Source: a virus
Direction: 5' to 3' (one strand)
DNA: 64,000 nt
IMG/VR virus record: IMGVR_UViG_3300036852_000134
Location: 18,865 to 82,864 of that record
Under the pieces are notes generated by a model. It had not been told where the DNA came from. It saw nothing but the letters and a program-made list of their open reading frames with translations, and made no database searches. The position numbers were made by a program, and so were the translations under genes. Shown here in pieces: positions 43,575-51,020 of this stretch (positions are counted from its first letter, which is position 1; every line of letters begins with the position of its first letter).

Positions 43575-43862
43575 CTATGCCTTAGCCGCTGCAGTGCAGT
43601 CGCCCCTGCACTGGCTCAGCACGCGCACGAGAAGCTCGTCCTTCTGCGTCTCCAGTTCCCTGACGCGCGCCTCAAGCTTCTCTATCCGCTCGGCGGCCTC
43701 ATGCTGAATGGGCGGCGCCTCGAACTGACGCCAGCCAAACTCGGGACGCCCATTCGGCAGGTGCGGGCCACTGGCGTACTTGCCGCGCAGACGGTCCACC
43801 AGGCGGTTGCTGACTTGCACGTCTTGCCCGGTGAAGGGATCGTGTACGGTCCTCGTCTCCAT
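43575..43862 (-). CDS. Hypothetical protein
   Basis: LVDRLRG.YA.GP....GRPEFGWRQF...EAAERIEKLE. Confidence 0.65.
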   Translation of the reverse strand: METRTVHDPFTGQDVQVSNRLVDRLRGKYASGPHLPNGRPEFGWRQFEAPPIQHEAAERIEKLEARVRELETQKDELLVRVLSQCRGDCTAAAKA

Positions 43863-44142
43863 CGGCTCCTCATCCCTCTTGGTTCAGTAGCGCCCGTGCT
43901 CTCTTCAGCACGTCGGCGTGCGCGCCGCAGGAGTACACCACGCCGTCTACAGTGCTGAGGTCGGCGTACATGCACATCGCACGGAGCACCGCGCGCAGGT
44001 CATCAACTTCCTGGCGCGTGGTGTCGAGCGCTTCCTCCATCTTGACGAGGTCGTGACGCGCGGCTGCGAGGGCGGCTTCGGCGTCTACCGCCCGCAATGC
44101 AATGCGGGTGCTTCTCTCTTCCTGAGTCTCGGCCATTGGCTC
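43860..44142. repeat. ~283-bp direct repeat, copy 2
   Basis: Near-identical to 40842..41124. Confidence 0.95.
43870..44136 (-). CDS. Hypothetical protein (paralogue of 40852..41118)
   Basis: See repeat. Confidence 0.7.
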   Translation of the reverse strand: MAETQEERSTRIALRAVDAEAALAAARHDLVKMEEALDTTRQEVDDLRAVLRAMCMYADLSTVDGVVYSCGAHADVLKRARALLNQEG

Positions 44143-44403
44143 CTATTCCTTGATCAGTTCGGCGGCGCGGCGAAAGTCCTGCGGCGTGATCTCGCTTGCA
44201 CAGAGAGAGCCGATGACGTTGGCGGTCACTCCCATGCCGAGCAAATCGCGGTATGCCTTCGCGAACGGCCGCAGCGCCGCCTCAAGCTCCACGATCCGAT
44301 CCGCCATCCACACAGCCTTTCGGCCCAACGCCTCAACATCTGCCTTCGTCTCAAGTTGGAGCTTTATGACATCCGCTAACTTCTGCTGTATGTCGTCGGG
44401 CAT
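44143..44403 (-). CDS. Hypothetical protein
   Basis: ELEAALRPFA...DFRRAAEL. Confidence 0.6.
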   Translation of the reverse strand: MPDDIQQKLADVIKLQLETKADVEALGRKAVWMADRIVELEAALRPFAKAYRDLLGMGVTANVIGSLCASEITPQDFRRAAELIKE

Positions 44404-44415
44404 AATCCACCATCC

Positions 44416-44646
44416 TTAGACATCCCAGCCGTGCGACCGTGCGCCGGCCATGTGCCATTCCTTGCGGCCTTTCGGGCCGCGTCCCATCCAATCGCAGAGC
44501 CGGTTCACGAACTCGACCGAGCCGAGCCGCCGCCCCTTCTCTAGGTCGCAGAGATACTGCGGCGTGAAGCCGAGCGCCTTGGCGAAGTCCGTTTGGGACA
44601 TCTCCATCTCGGTGCGCACAGCAATCAGCATCTCGACGAAGGTCAC
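44416..44646 (-). CDS. XRE-family HTH regulator
   Basis: MSQTDFAKALGFTPQYLCDLEKGRR. Confidence 0.85.
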   Translation of the reverse strand: MTFVEMLIAVRTEMEMSQTDFAKALGFTPQYLCDLEKGRRLGSVEFVNRLCDWMGRGPKGRKEWHMAGARSHGWDV

Positions 44647-44655
44647 GACCGCTCC

Positions 44656-44979
44656 TCATGGTTTCTGAGGCAGTTCGGCAAACCTGCCATCGAAGAACTC
44701 CGTTGCGGGCCTGACCCACAAGGTTCCGTCCTGTCCCTCATAGACGACGGCCGGCGTCATGGTCTCCTCGATCACCGCGCGGTGCCGCAGTTGGTAAAGC
44801 CCGTCCGTTTTCCGGTGCTGGTGCGTTGGCTCCCAGTCGGTGTAGGCGCAGTCGGCGCATTGGATGGCGCGCTTGTCGCCCGTGAACGCCTCTTCGCAGA
44901 CACGGCATGAGCACCAGTAGGTGCCCGGCGCCCAGTTCTTGCGCTTCGGCCTGCTGTCCTCTGGCTTGGCCCGCCTCAT
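44656..44979 (-). CDS. Zinc ribbon plus DUF1653-like domain
   Basis: CRVC..CADC; HRKT.GLY...VVYE.QDG.LWVRP..EFFDGRF. Confidence 0.7.
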   Translation of the reverse strand: MRRAKPEDSRPKRKNWAPGTYWCSCRVCEEAFTGDKRAIQCADCAYTDWEPTHQHRKTDGLYQLRHRAVIEETMTPAVVYEGQDGTLWVRPATEFFDGRFAELPQKP

Positions 44980-44988
44980 GGGTGCCTC

Positions 44989-45228
44989 CTAATCCTTGTT
45001 CTCGTAGCGGAGCGGCACCCCAGCGAGCAGGCACACGCCGCGCACGATCCTGATGGCGTCCTTGATGCGGTTTGCCATCTCATCGTCGTAGTCGGCCAAC
45101 TCGCCGTTCGCGATCATCCGATCAAGTTCTCGCCCAACGATGTCGTACTTGTTGAGCTGTGCCAGGCTCTCCAGCGTCAGAGGCTTCTCCGTGGCGTGAA
45201 CCTCAGGTCCGCTCGCTGCGTCTGCCAT
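44989..45228 (-). CDS. Hypothetical protein
   Basis: TGAGGAG junction. Confidence 0.55.
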   Translation of the reverse strand: MADAASGPEVHATEKPLTLESLAQLNKYDIVGRELDRMIANGELADYDDEMANRIKDAIRIVRGVCLLAGVPLRYENKD

Positions 45229-45239
45229 CTTGCTTCTCC

Positions 45240-45446
45240 TCATGGTTGCTTGGCGGGTTCCGCAAGTGCCGCGCGCAACGCAACTTCGGTGATGTCGTCA
45301 AGCATGGCGTCGGCGGCGCTGTCGCTACCTGGAACGAGCCATCCACCTGACCAGCCCTCTGGGTACTCCATGTTGTCGTCCACCAGCTCGGCCTTGATCG
45401 ACTCGCGCACCGCTGTCCACTTCGGATGGTCTCTCAGCTTGGACAT
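45240..45446 (-). CDS. Hypothetical protein
   Basis: TAGGAGG junction. Confidence 0.55.
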   Translation of the reverse strand: MSKLRDHPKWTAVRESIKAELVDDNMEYPEGWSGGWLVPGSDSAADAMLDDITEVALRAALAEPAKQP

Positions 45447-45457
45447 TGCCTTGCCTC

Positions 45458-46126
45458 CTATTCCTTCTCACGCCGTAGCCGGCGCAGCTTCACTCGATTG
45501 TAGCGGACGCGCACGATGGTGGGCGTCTTGCCCCAGCTCGCCGTGATTGTCTTCACCGACTCGCCGGCAGCGTAGCGGCGCTCGAACTCGGCCTTGCGCT
45601 TGGCGGTGAAGAACAGCGGCTTGCCCAAGCGCATGCCCCGCAACTTGGCTTCTGCCATCCCGTCCCGCGTGCGCTCTCGGATCAGGCCGCGCTCGAACTC
45701 CGCCAGTGCTCCCAGCATGTGGAACAGGAACCGCCCGCCCGGCGTGGTGGTGTCTATCTGCTCTGTGGTGCTGCGAAAGCCGACGCCGCGCGCCTCCAGG
45801 TCGCCCACGATCTGCAGCAGCTCCCTGAGCGAGCGGCCCAGCCGATCCAGCTTGTAGACCACCAGCGTGTCGCCGCGCCGGCAGTCGAGCAAAGCGAGAT
45901 CGCGCTGCGGCCGTTTGGCCTTCACACCGCTGACCGTCTCGCTCCAGATTTGGTCCTTGTCCACGCCGGCCCGCACCAGGGCGCTGACCTGCATGGCCAT
46001 GTCCTGGTCCGCGGTCGAGACGCGCGCATATCCGATCAGGCGCCCGACGTACTCTGTCGGCCGCTTCGCACGTTTTTGCTCTCTGACGCGTACCATTCGC
46101 AAGCTTTCCGCAACGACGGAAAGCAA
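45458..46126 (-). CDS. Small serine recombinase (resolvase/invertase); start uncertain
   Basis: IGYARVSTADQ, GDTLVVYKLDRLGRS, ALAEFER.LIRERTR.G. Confidence 0.95.
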   Translation of the reverse strand: MLSVVAESLRMVRVREQKRAKRPTEYVGRLIGYARVSTADQDMAMQVSALVRAGVDKDQIWSETVSGVKAKRPQRDLALLDCRRGDTLVVYKLDRLGRSLRELLQIVGDLEARGVGFRSTTEQIDTTTPGGRFLFHMLGALAEFERGLIRERTRDGMAEAKLRGMRLGKPLFFTAKRKAEFERRYAAGESVKTITASWGKTPTIVRVRYNRVKLRRLRREKE

Positions 46127-46150
46127 GGATATTGCAGCCGCCTATCCTTG

Positions 46151-46360
46151 TCATTTGCGGTCTGCCTTCGCGGGGTGCGCCTCGATGTAGGCCAGGATTG
46201 CTTGCAGCGTGGCCACAGTGCCGGAGCCGTCGCGCACTCTCTTCACCGCTCGCGCGTTCGCGCATGCCAGCAGGCCAAGGCGGGACTCGGCCATACCTGT
46301 CTGCTTCAACCACTTGTCGATCTTGTCGAGTGCCTGCGCCACCAGATCGCCTTCCGACAT
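46151..46360 (-). CDS. Small Cro-like HTH protein
   Basis: IDKWLKQTGMAESRLG..A.AN...V.RVR.G; GGAGGG RBS. Confidence 0.65.
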   Translation of the reverse strand: MSEGDLVAQALDKIDKWLKQTGMAESRLGLLACANARAVKRVRDGSGTVATLQAILAYIEAHPAKADRK

Positions 46361-46426
46361 GCCGCCCTCCCAAGCCCTTGGCGGGCATAGGGTAGGACGC
46401 ACGGATTAACAACTATCGTGGCGGCG

Positions 46427-46470
46427 ACATTGACAGACGTGTTGACAGACGTCAAGCTATACGTATAGAT
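46427..46470. promoter_or_regulatory. Divergent promoter/operator (possible res site)
   Basis: TTGACAGACGT x2, TTGAC-N4-GTCAA, perfect palindrome CTATACGTATAG; TTGACG-17-CAATGT leftward. Confidence 0.55.
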
Positions 46471-46712
46471 GATTGTCGTTGCGACTGTTGAGAAGCCGCG
46501 AATTGGCTAGCTCAGGAGACCGACATGGTGCCGTTGCCCCGCTGTGGTTGCGGTGGGAAAGTGGCCTACCAACGAGCCAGGGAACGCCGCCAGCCATCAG
46601 AGGCGTGACGCCGCGAGAGTGTGGACCGAGCGCAGCATCGGACCGAACTGCGAAGCCCCGGATACCGCTGCGAGTCCGGGGCACCGATTAGCGAAGGAAA
46701 CCGCCCCCGGCA

Positions 46713-47099
46713 ATGACCAAGCCCTACACAGCCGGCCCTTGGCATTGGGTTGACGCCGATGACGACGAGCCGCTCGACATGACTGGGACCGACGATTTCG
46801 GAGCAGCGTCGCTGCGTTCCGTAAAAGAGTACGGAAATAGCGTGCTCACGGGCGAGCCTATCGAGGAGACGCGGACGGATGTCGTAGACGGCAAGAGCTA
46901 TACGTCGTTCGCCCTGCCGAAGTTCATCGCCAACGTAGAGGAGTTGGAGGAGGGCGAGGAGATGGCCGCCAACTACCGACTCCTCATGCTGGCGCCGGAC
47001 CTCGCCGACTACGTGTACGAGCGTGCTGCGGCGGGCGATCCGGTCGCTGACAAGCTAGTCGCAAAAATCGAGGGCCGCGACGGCCCGCCAACACCGTAG
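46713..47099 (+). CDS. Hypothetical phage protein
   Basis: YTAGPW...ANYRL..LAPDL. Confidence 0.7.
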   Translation: MTKPYTAGPWHWVDADDDEPLDMTGTDDFGAASLRSVKEYGNSVLTGEPIEETRTDVVDGKSYTSFALPKFIANVEELEEGEEMAANYRLLMLAPDLADYVYERAAAGDPVADKLVAKIEGRDGPPTP

Positions 47100-47350
47100 G
47101 ATGACCCCCGCAATGTGGAACCGCTTCAGATGGCACCTCGCCTTAGCGATCAGTCGCCTGGGATGGTGGGTGATGCCGGAGCCGCAGCGGTCGCGCTGCT
47201 ACAAGGATTTCAGCGGCGCGCTTGAGCAGATCAAAACACGCGAAGGATGACCACCGCCGATCTAAGCGGCCTTCAGCGCGACGACTGCGATGGCCAACGC
47301 CGCGAGCATAAACGCGATGTCGCAGCATAGCAGCCACCGGCTGCGCCAGG

Positions 47351-47713
47351 CTAGCCGAGCCACCCGAGCCACTTCATCCCACCAATGATGTATGCCGGCC
47401 AGAGCACGACGCGCGACCAGACCAAGATGCGCCAGAGCTTGTGTGCGAGCTCGAACCTTTTTGATAGCTCGTGGAGGCGATCCCAGGTCGCGATGAGACC
47501 AGACCTCTTGGGCGGAGGCGCCGTTGGCTTTCCCATTCGCACTGCCTCCAGGACTTGGCCGGTAAGCACTAGGTGGCGTTCGTGAGTAGCCTGGGAAATC
47601 TCCTGCCCTCGGCGCAGTTCTGTTTGCTGCTTGGAGATCTGCCGCAGGTATCCCATCAGAAACGAGGAAGCCAGATCGCTCGATGTCCCGTCTCGTGATC
47701 CTTGTTGCGCCAT
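47351..47713 (-). CDS. Membrane protein, possible holin/antiholin
   Basis: C-terminal TM segment; distal end of the lysis cluster. Confidence 0.45.
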   Translation of the reverse strand: MAQQGSRDGTSSDLASSFLMGYLRQISKQQTELRRGQEISQATHERHLVLTGQVLEAVRMGKPTAPPPKRSGLIATWDRLHELSKRFELAHKLWRILVWSRVVLWPAYIIGGMKWLGWLG

Positions 47714-47902
47714 TACCTAGGGCTTTCGCTGGCATGTCCGTTCCTCGGTGGCATCGCCACATTCTACGGCTAAGCTCTTGCCTGCCGCTGTCATGGACTT
47801 ATCCTCCATGGCTGTTCGGAAGTGGCTCTCCGGTTCGGTTCCCGCCGGCCGGAGGGCCGCGCTCGTACGCACTGCGACGGAACGGTGTAAATTTTACACC
47901 AT

Positions 47903-48151
47903 TTACTTCTGGGTGATCGTCCTGACGTAGCGCTGAAGCCTCCGTAGCCGGTCCTTCTCAGTCGAGGCGTCTCTGCGAAGTTCGGCGTGCTTCATGACGA
48001 GGTCGTCGCCGGCCTTGAGATCCGAGAGCTTGGCCGGCGGGACCATCAGGGCTTTCGCCGGGGGCTCAAGCTGGGATGGCGAGATCGAACCTGTGCATGC
48101 CGTGAACATGAGCGCGGAACATGCGCAAATTACCACGAAACTTGCTCTCAT
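47903..48151 (-). CDS. o-spanin (Rz1-like lipoprotein)
   Basis: Lipobox FTA-C; Pro-rich PPAKALMVPP. Confidence 0.7.
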   Translation of the reverse strand: MRASFVVICACSALMFTACTGSISPSQLEPPAKALMVPPAKLSDLKAGDDLVMKHAELRRDASTEKDRLRRLQRYVRTITQK

Positions 48152-48243
48152 GGTGGTGGTTTCCTGTGGGTTTTGGATTCAGTCCGAGGGCGGGATGTGG
48201 TAGGGTTCGGAACTAATTGTGAGGAGCCTGCGGGGGAAGTGAG

Positions 48244-48978
48244 ATGGCAAAGGAATACAAGAACGACCCCAAAACGGTCGAAGAAGTGCGACTTGCGGGA
48301 TTGCGCTTCATGCGGAAGCTAACCCTGGATCAATCGCTTGCCGAAGACATCGTGAGCCAGACCATCACGTATTGCCTTGGCCATCACGACCCGACCGTAG
48401 TTTTGCGTTGGCCGTATGTGCGCAAGGCTCTACTGAGCAACTTTCGGGTGCACTACCGCAACAAGCGAGAGCTTGAAGCGGACTTTAGCGCGGATGGCGA
48501 GGCGCACGAGATCGTTGCTGTGACCTACCCAAACCAAGAAATGTGGCTAATTCTCTCCGACATTGAAGTGGGCCTAGCGGCGCTGCCAGAGTCGACGGCT
48601 GCGATCATCAGGCTGGTCGCAGTGGGTTTTGAGAAGGATGAAGTTGCTGCGCAGCTTTGTATCCCGGTCACAGAGGTCACATGGCGGCTGCGAGCCGGCC
48701 GGCGCATCCTGCGCGACAAGGGTTTCTGGAACGACGACAGGGAATACGGGAACATGCATGTAGGCATTCGCCGCCGCGCTCATCGGTGGGCGGCACGCAT
48801 CAAGGTCGATGGCAACACTGTGCACCTTGGGTCGTTCGCAACAGCCGCCGAGGCCGCTAAAGCCTATCAGGAAGCCGTCATAAGGTTTGAGGGACGGGCG
48901 CGACGGGACGGGCGTGGGGTTCCACGCGCGAAGAGGCGGCACGAGAATGACGATATTGGGTTAGCGCTCGCTGCGTGA
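48244..48978 (+). CDS. ECF sigma factor fused to an AP2 DNA-binding domain
   Basis: AEDIVSQT (region 2); LAALPE...EVAAQLCIPVTEVTWRLRAGR (region 4); VGIRR...WAARI.VDG..VHLGSFATAAEAAKAY (AP2). Confidence 0.85.
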   Translation: MAKEYKNDPKTVEEVRLAGLRFMRKLTLDQSLAEDIVSQTITYCLGHHDPTVVLRWPYVRKALLSNFRVHYRNKRELEADFSADGEAHEIVAVTYPNQEMWLILSDIEVGLAALPESTAAIIRLVAVGFEKDEVAAQLCIPVTEVTWRLRAGRRILRDKGFWNDDREYGNMHVGIRRRAHRWAARIKVDGNTVHLGSFATAAEAAKAYQEAVIRFEGRARRDGRGVPRAKRRHENDDIGLALAA

Positions 48979-48983
48979 GCAGC

Positions 48984-49268
48984 CTACTTCACCAGCCCAA
49001 GCCAAACCGCCGTATCCTTGTCCAGAATAAGCGTCTGCTTCAGGTTGGCTTTGACGGTCTCGTCAACGTCCTTGCCGGCCTTATCGTTCGCCGCGATCTC
49101 CGCTTCGTCCTTGCCGCGCTGTTCGACGATGGGGGCGTTCACAGCGGCTAGTTCCGCTGCGTTCTCACCCTTCTCAAAGCGCCGGCCCATGTTGAAGATG
49201 CCAGCGACGATCATGCCGCCGACGACGACAAGTGCGATACCGGCGTAGAGGTTCTTGCCTCCCATCAT
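48984..49268 (-). CDS. i-spanin (Rz-like)
   Basis: N-terminal TM plus helical periplasmic part, directly after the endolysin. Confidence 0.6.
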   Translation of the reverse strand: MMGGKNLYAGIALVVVGGMIVAGIFNMGRRFEKGENAAELAAVNAPIVEQRGKDEAEIAANDKAGKDVDETVKANLKQTLILDKDTAVWLGLVK

Positions 49269-50260
49269 CTTGCGTTCCTCCCCTTCGCCGCGTCGTCGTA
49301 TCTTGCATAGAGTGCGTACAGACAGCCTGCAATTGTGATGGCGAACGCAACCTTTGCAACACTCATACCGAGGCCCGAGAGGACATCCTTGGCCGGCGCG
49401 AGTAGTGCGATCTGATTGGCAGCGATTGCAAAGAAGTCCTGGAACATCGCCAGCAGTCCACCAAGAAGCCCACCCAAGGCACCGAAGACGGTGCGCGAGG
49501 ATTTCATCGTGGCTGCAACAGGGGATGGGGGCGGGACCGTGGTTTTCACGCTCGCTGCAACCGTTTCAGCCTCCTCGGAAGCTTCCGCCGGCAGCGCGTC
49601 CCACCAAATCCCTTGCGCCTTCTTGAACCAGGCTTCCCGATGTTCCATGCCGTTCGGATAGATGCCGGAGTGCGCAGAGCCAGTGTTGATCGCCTTGCTG
49701 ACGCCCATAAGGTCATTGGCGTCGGCCAGCGCGTTGCAGCCCGACTCCTTCCACTCAGCGCACGCGAACCGAAGGGTTGCCTCAGGATCGTCGAGAATGT
49801 CCGGCCGGATCTCGATCTTGAGCCGATCGCAGTACTTCTGGACGGCGTAGCGGCCTGTGGTCTGAATGAACCCACCGCCTCTGAACGCGTAGCCATCGGG
49901 ATGCGGCTTGTCGATCGTGCCCTTGCCGTTGCCCATCCTGCCGCCGTAGGCCCAATCCGCCAGCGCTACAGGGTTGCGCACCAGCTTCTTGAGGTTGGCC
50001 GCGGTCTCCTTCTTGGCGCGCGCCGGCCACACCTCGCCAATGCGCTTCACGGTGGCATAGGTGAGGCTCTCGCGGACGATGGTGCCACCCCCAGTCTCGG
50101 CCCCTACCTGCCCCATGAAGTGGGAGAAGCGCTTGCCGTTATCGAGGATGCCGGCTTCGGCCAGATGCTCCTTGCCGTCCAGCAGCGCCCGGCGATAGAA
50201 GTCCGCCATCTTGGGCGCGAACCGGCGCAGCTCGGCTTCCGAGAAGTCGATGGTGCTCAT
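49265..50260 (-). CDS. GH19 (chitinase-like) endolysin with C-terminal TM segments
   Basis: HFMGQVGAETGG, ESL.Y, YGGRMGN, DGYAFRGGGFIQTTGR, INTG. Confidence 0.88.
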   Translation of the reverse strand: MSTIDFSEAELRRFAPKMADFYRRALLDGKEHLAEAGILDNGKRFSHFMGQVGAETGGGTIVRESLTYATVKRIGEVWPARAKKETAANLKKLVRNPVALADWAYGGRMGNGKGTIDKPHPDGYAFRGGGFIQTTGRYAVQKYCDRLKIEIRPDILDDPEATLRFACAEWKESGCNALADANDLMGVSKAINTGSAHSGIYPNGMEHREAWFKKAQGIWWDALPAEASEEAETVAASVKTTVPPPSPVAATMKSSRTVFGALGGLLGGLLAMFQDFFAIAANQIALLAPAKDVLSGLGMSVAKVAFAITIAGCLYALYARYDDAAKGRNAR

Positions 50261-50294
50261 CGTCTCTCCTTGTCGGGTTTCACGCGGTGGGTAC

Positions 50295-50324
50295 AAGAAA
50301 GCCCGCAGGGGCGCTCCTACGGGC
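50295..50324 (-). terminator. Terminator upstream of the endolysin
   Basis: GCCCGTAGG/CCTGCGGGC stem followed by TTTCTT on the minus strand. Confidence 0.6.
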
Positions 50325-50353
50325 GTGGGATGGGGGAATGTGGGGAAAGGAAC

Positions 50354-50563
50354 CTACCTGAGGTCAGGGTCGGTGAGTGCAGACTCGATCATCCGAACCG
50401 CGATGTTTCGATTGCGCACCTGAGATCGACTGTAGCCCACGGTGGCGGTGATGCCGGTGGGCACGTGCGTCACCTTCACGTCGCATGGCTCAACGCCAAC
50501 GTGCTGGCCGCCGCGATGGTCCCGACGCAAGGTCTCTACCTTTAGGTCTTCGGCCGGTATCAC
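50354..50563 (-). CDS. Minimal GGQ (release-factor catalytic) domain protein
   Basis: DLKVET.R...GGQHV....VKVTHVPTGI...SRSQ.RN..IA. Confidence 0.85.
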   Translation of the reverse strand: MIPAEDLKVETLRRDHRGGQHVGVEPCDVKVTHVPTGITATVGYSRSQVRNRNIAVRMIESALTDPDLR

Positions 50564-50609
50564 CGCGCCTCTCTCCTACCTCTGCGGCTCTCTCAGCCTG
50601 ACTCCAGGC

Positions 50610-50702
50610 CTACCAGAACAAGAAGCTAAGGCCGACTAGAGCGAGCGCTACCCACGCCCATCGCGTCTCGCGGAAGAATTTGATCGTCGCGGCTTCTCTC
50701 AT
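50610..50702 (-). CDS. 30-aa membrane peptide
   Basis: GGGAG RBS; MREAATIKFFRETRWAWVALALVGLSFLFW. Confidence 0.45.
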   Translation of the reverse strand: MREAATIKFFRETRWAWVALALVGLSFLFW

Positions 50703-50711
50703 GGTCGCTCC

Positions 50712-50936
50712 CTACCTCATCGGCTCCCGCAACCGTACAGCCTCGTTGAGAGCGTCAGCAACGCGCTTGGCGTTTTCCTGGGTGAAGCACTCGCAGACGG
50801 CTTCGTACTGCAAATCGCCAGTGCGGGGGTCGCGGTAGTGCTCCCCATGGATGACTACGGGTTCCTCAGTATCGACCACAGTGAAGTCGAAGCAACAGTG
50901 GGCTGACTGGGAGTAGGAGACAACCTTGAACCTCAT
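50712..50936 (-). CDS. Hypothetical protein
   Basis: SQSAHCCF..TVVDT...VCECF...A..VADALN; AAGGAG RBS. Confidence 0.65.
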   Translation of the reverse strand: MRFKVVSYSQSAHCCFDFTVVDTEEPVVIHGEHYRDPRTGDLQYEAVCECFTQENAKRVADALNEAVRLREPMR

Positions 50937-51020
50937 CTCGGCTTGCGCTCCTTGGCGCCTTCCTTGAGTTTGGAGAACTCCAAGCCGAGCCGCACCAGGC
51001 GACACTCACCCTAGCTTGTA

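Noticed and set aside
40842-44142. DGR template/variable repeat pair or IS ends
   Set aside because: No reverse transcriptase or transposase is in the window, the differences are not adenine-specific, and both copies are intact ORFs.
45468-46412. 314-aa alternative-frame ORF over the resolvase
   Set aside because: It is Arg/Gly/Ala-rich frame noise; the resolvase and Cro-like frames carry the motifs.
50575-50702. Amber read-through or recoded TAG near the release-factor-like gene
   Set aside because: Many genes end at TAG with proper downstream coupling, long ORFs have no internal TAG, and no suppressor tRNA was seen.
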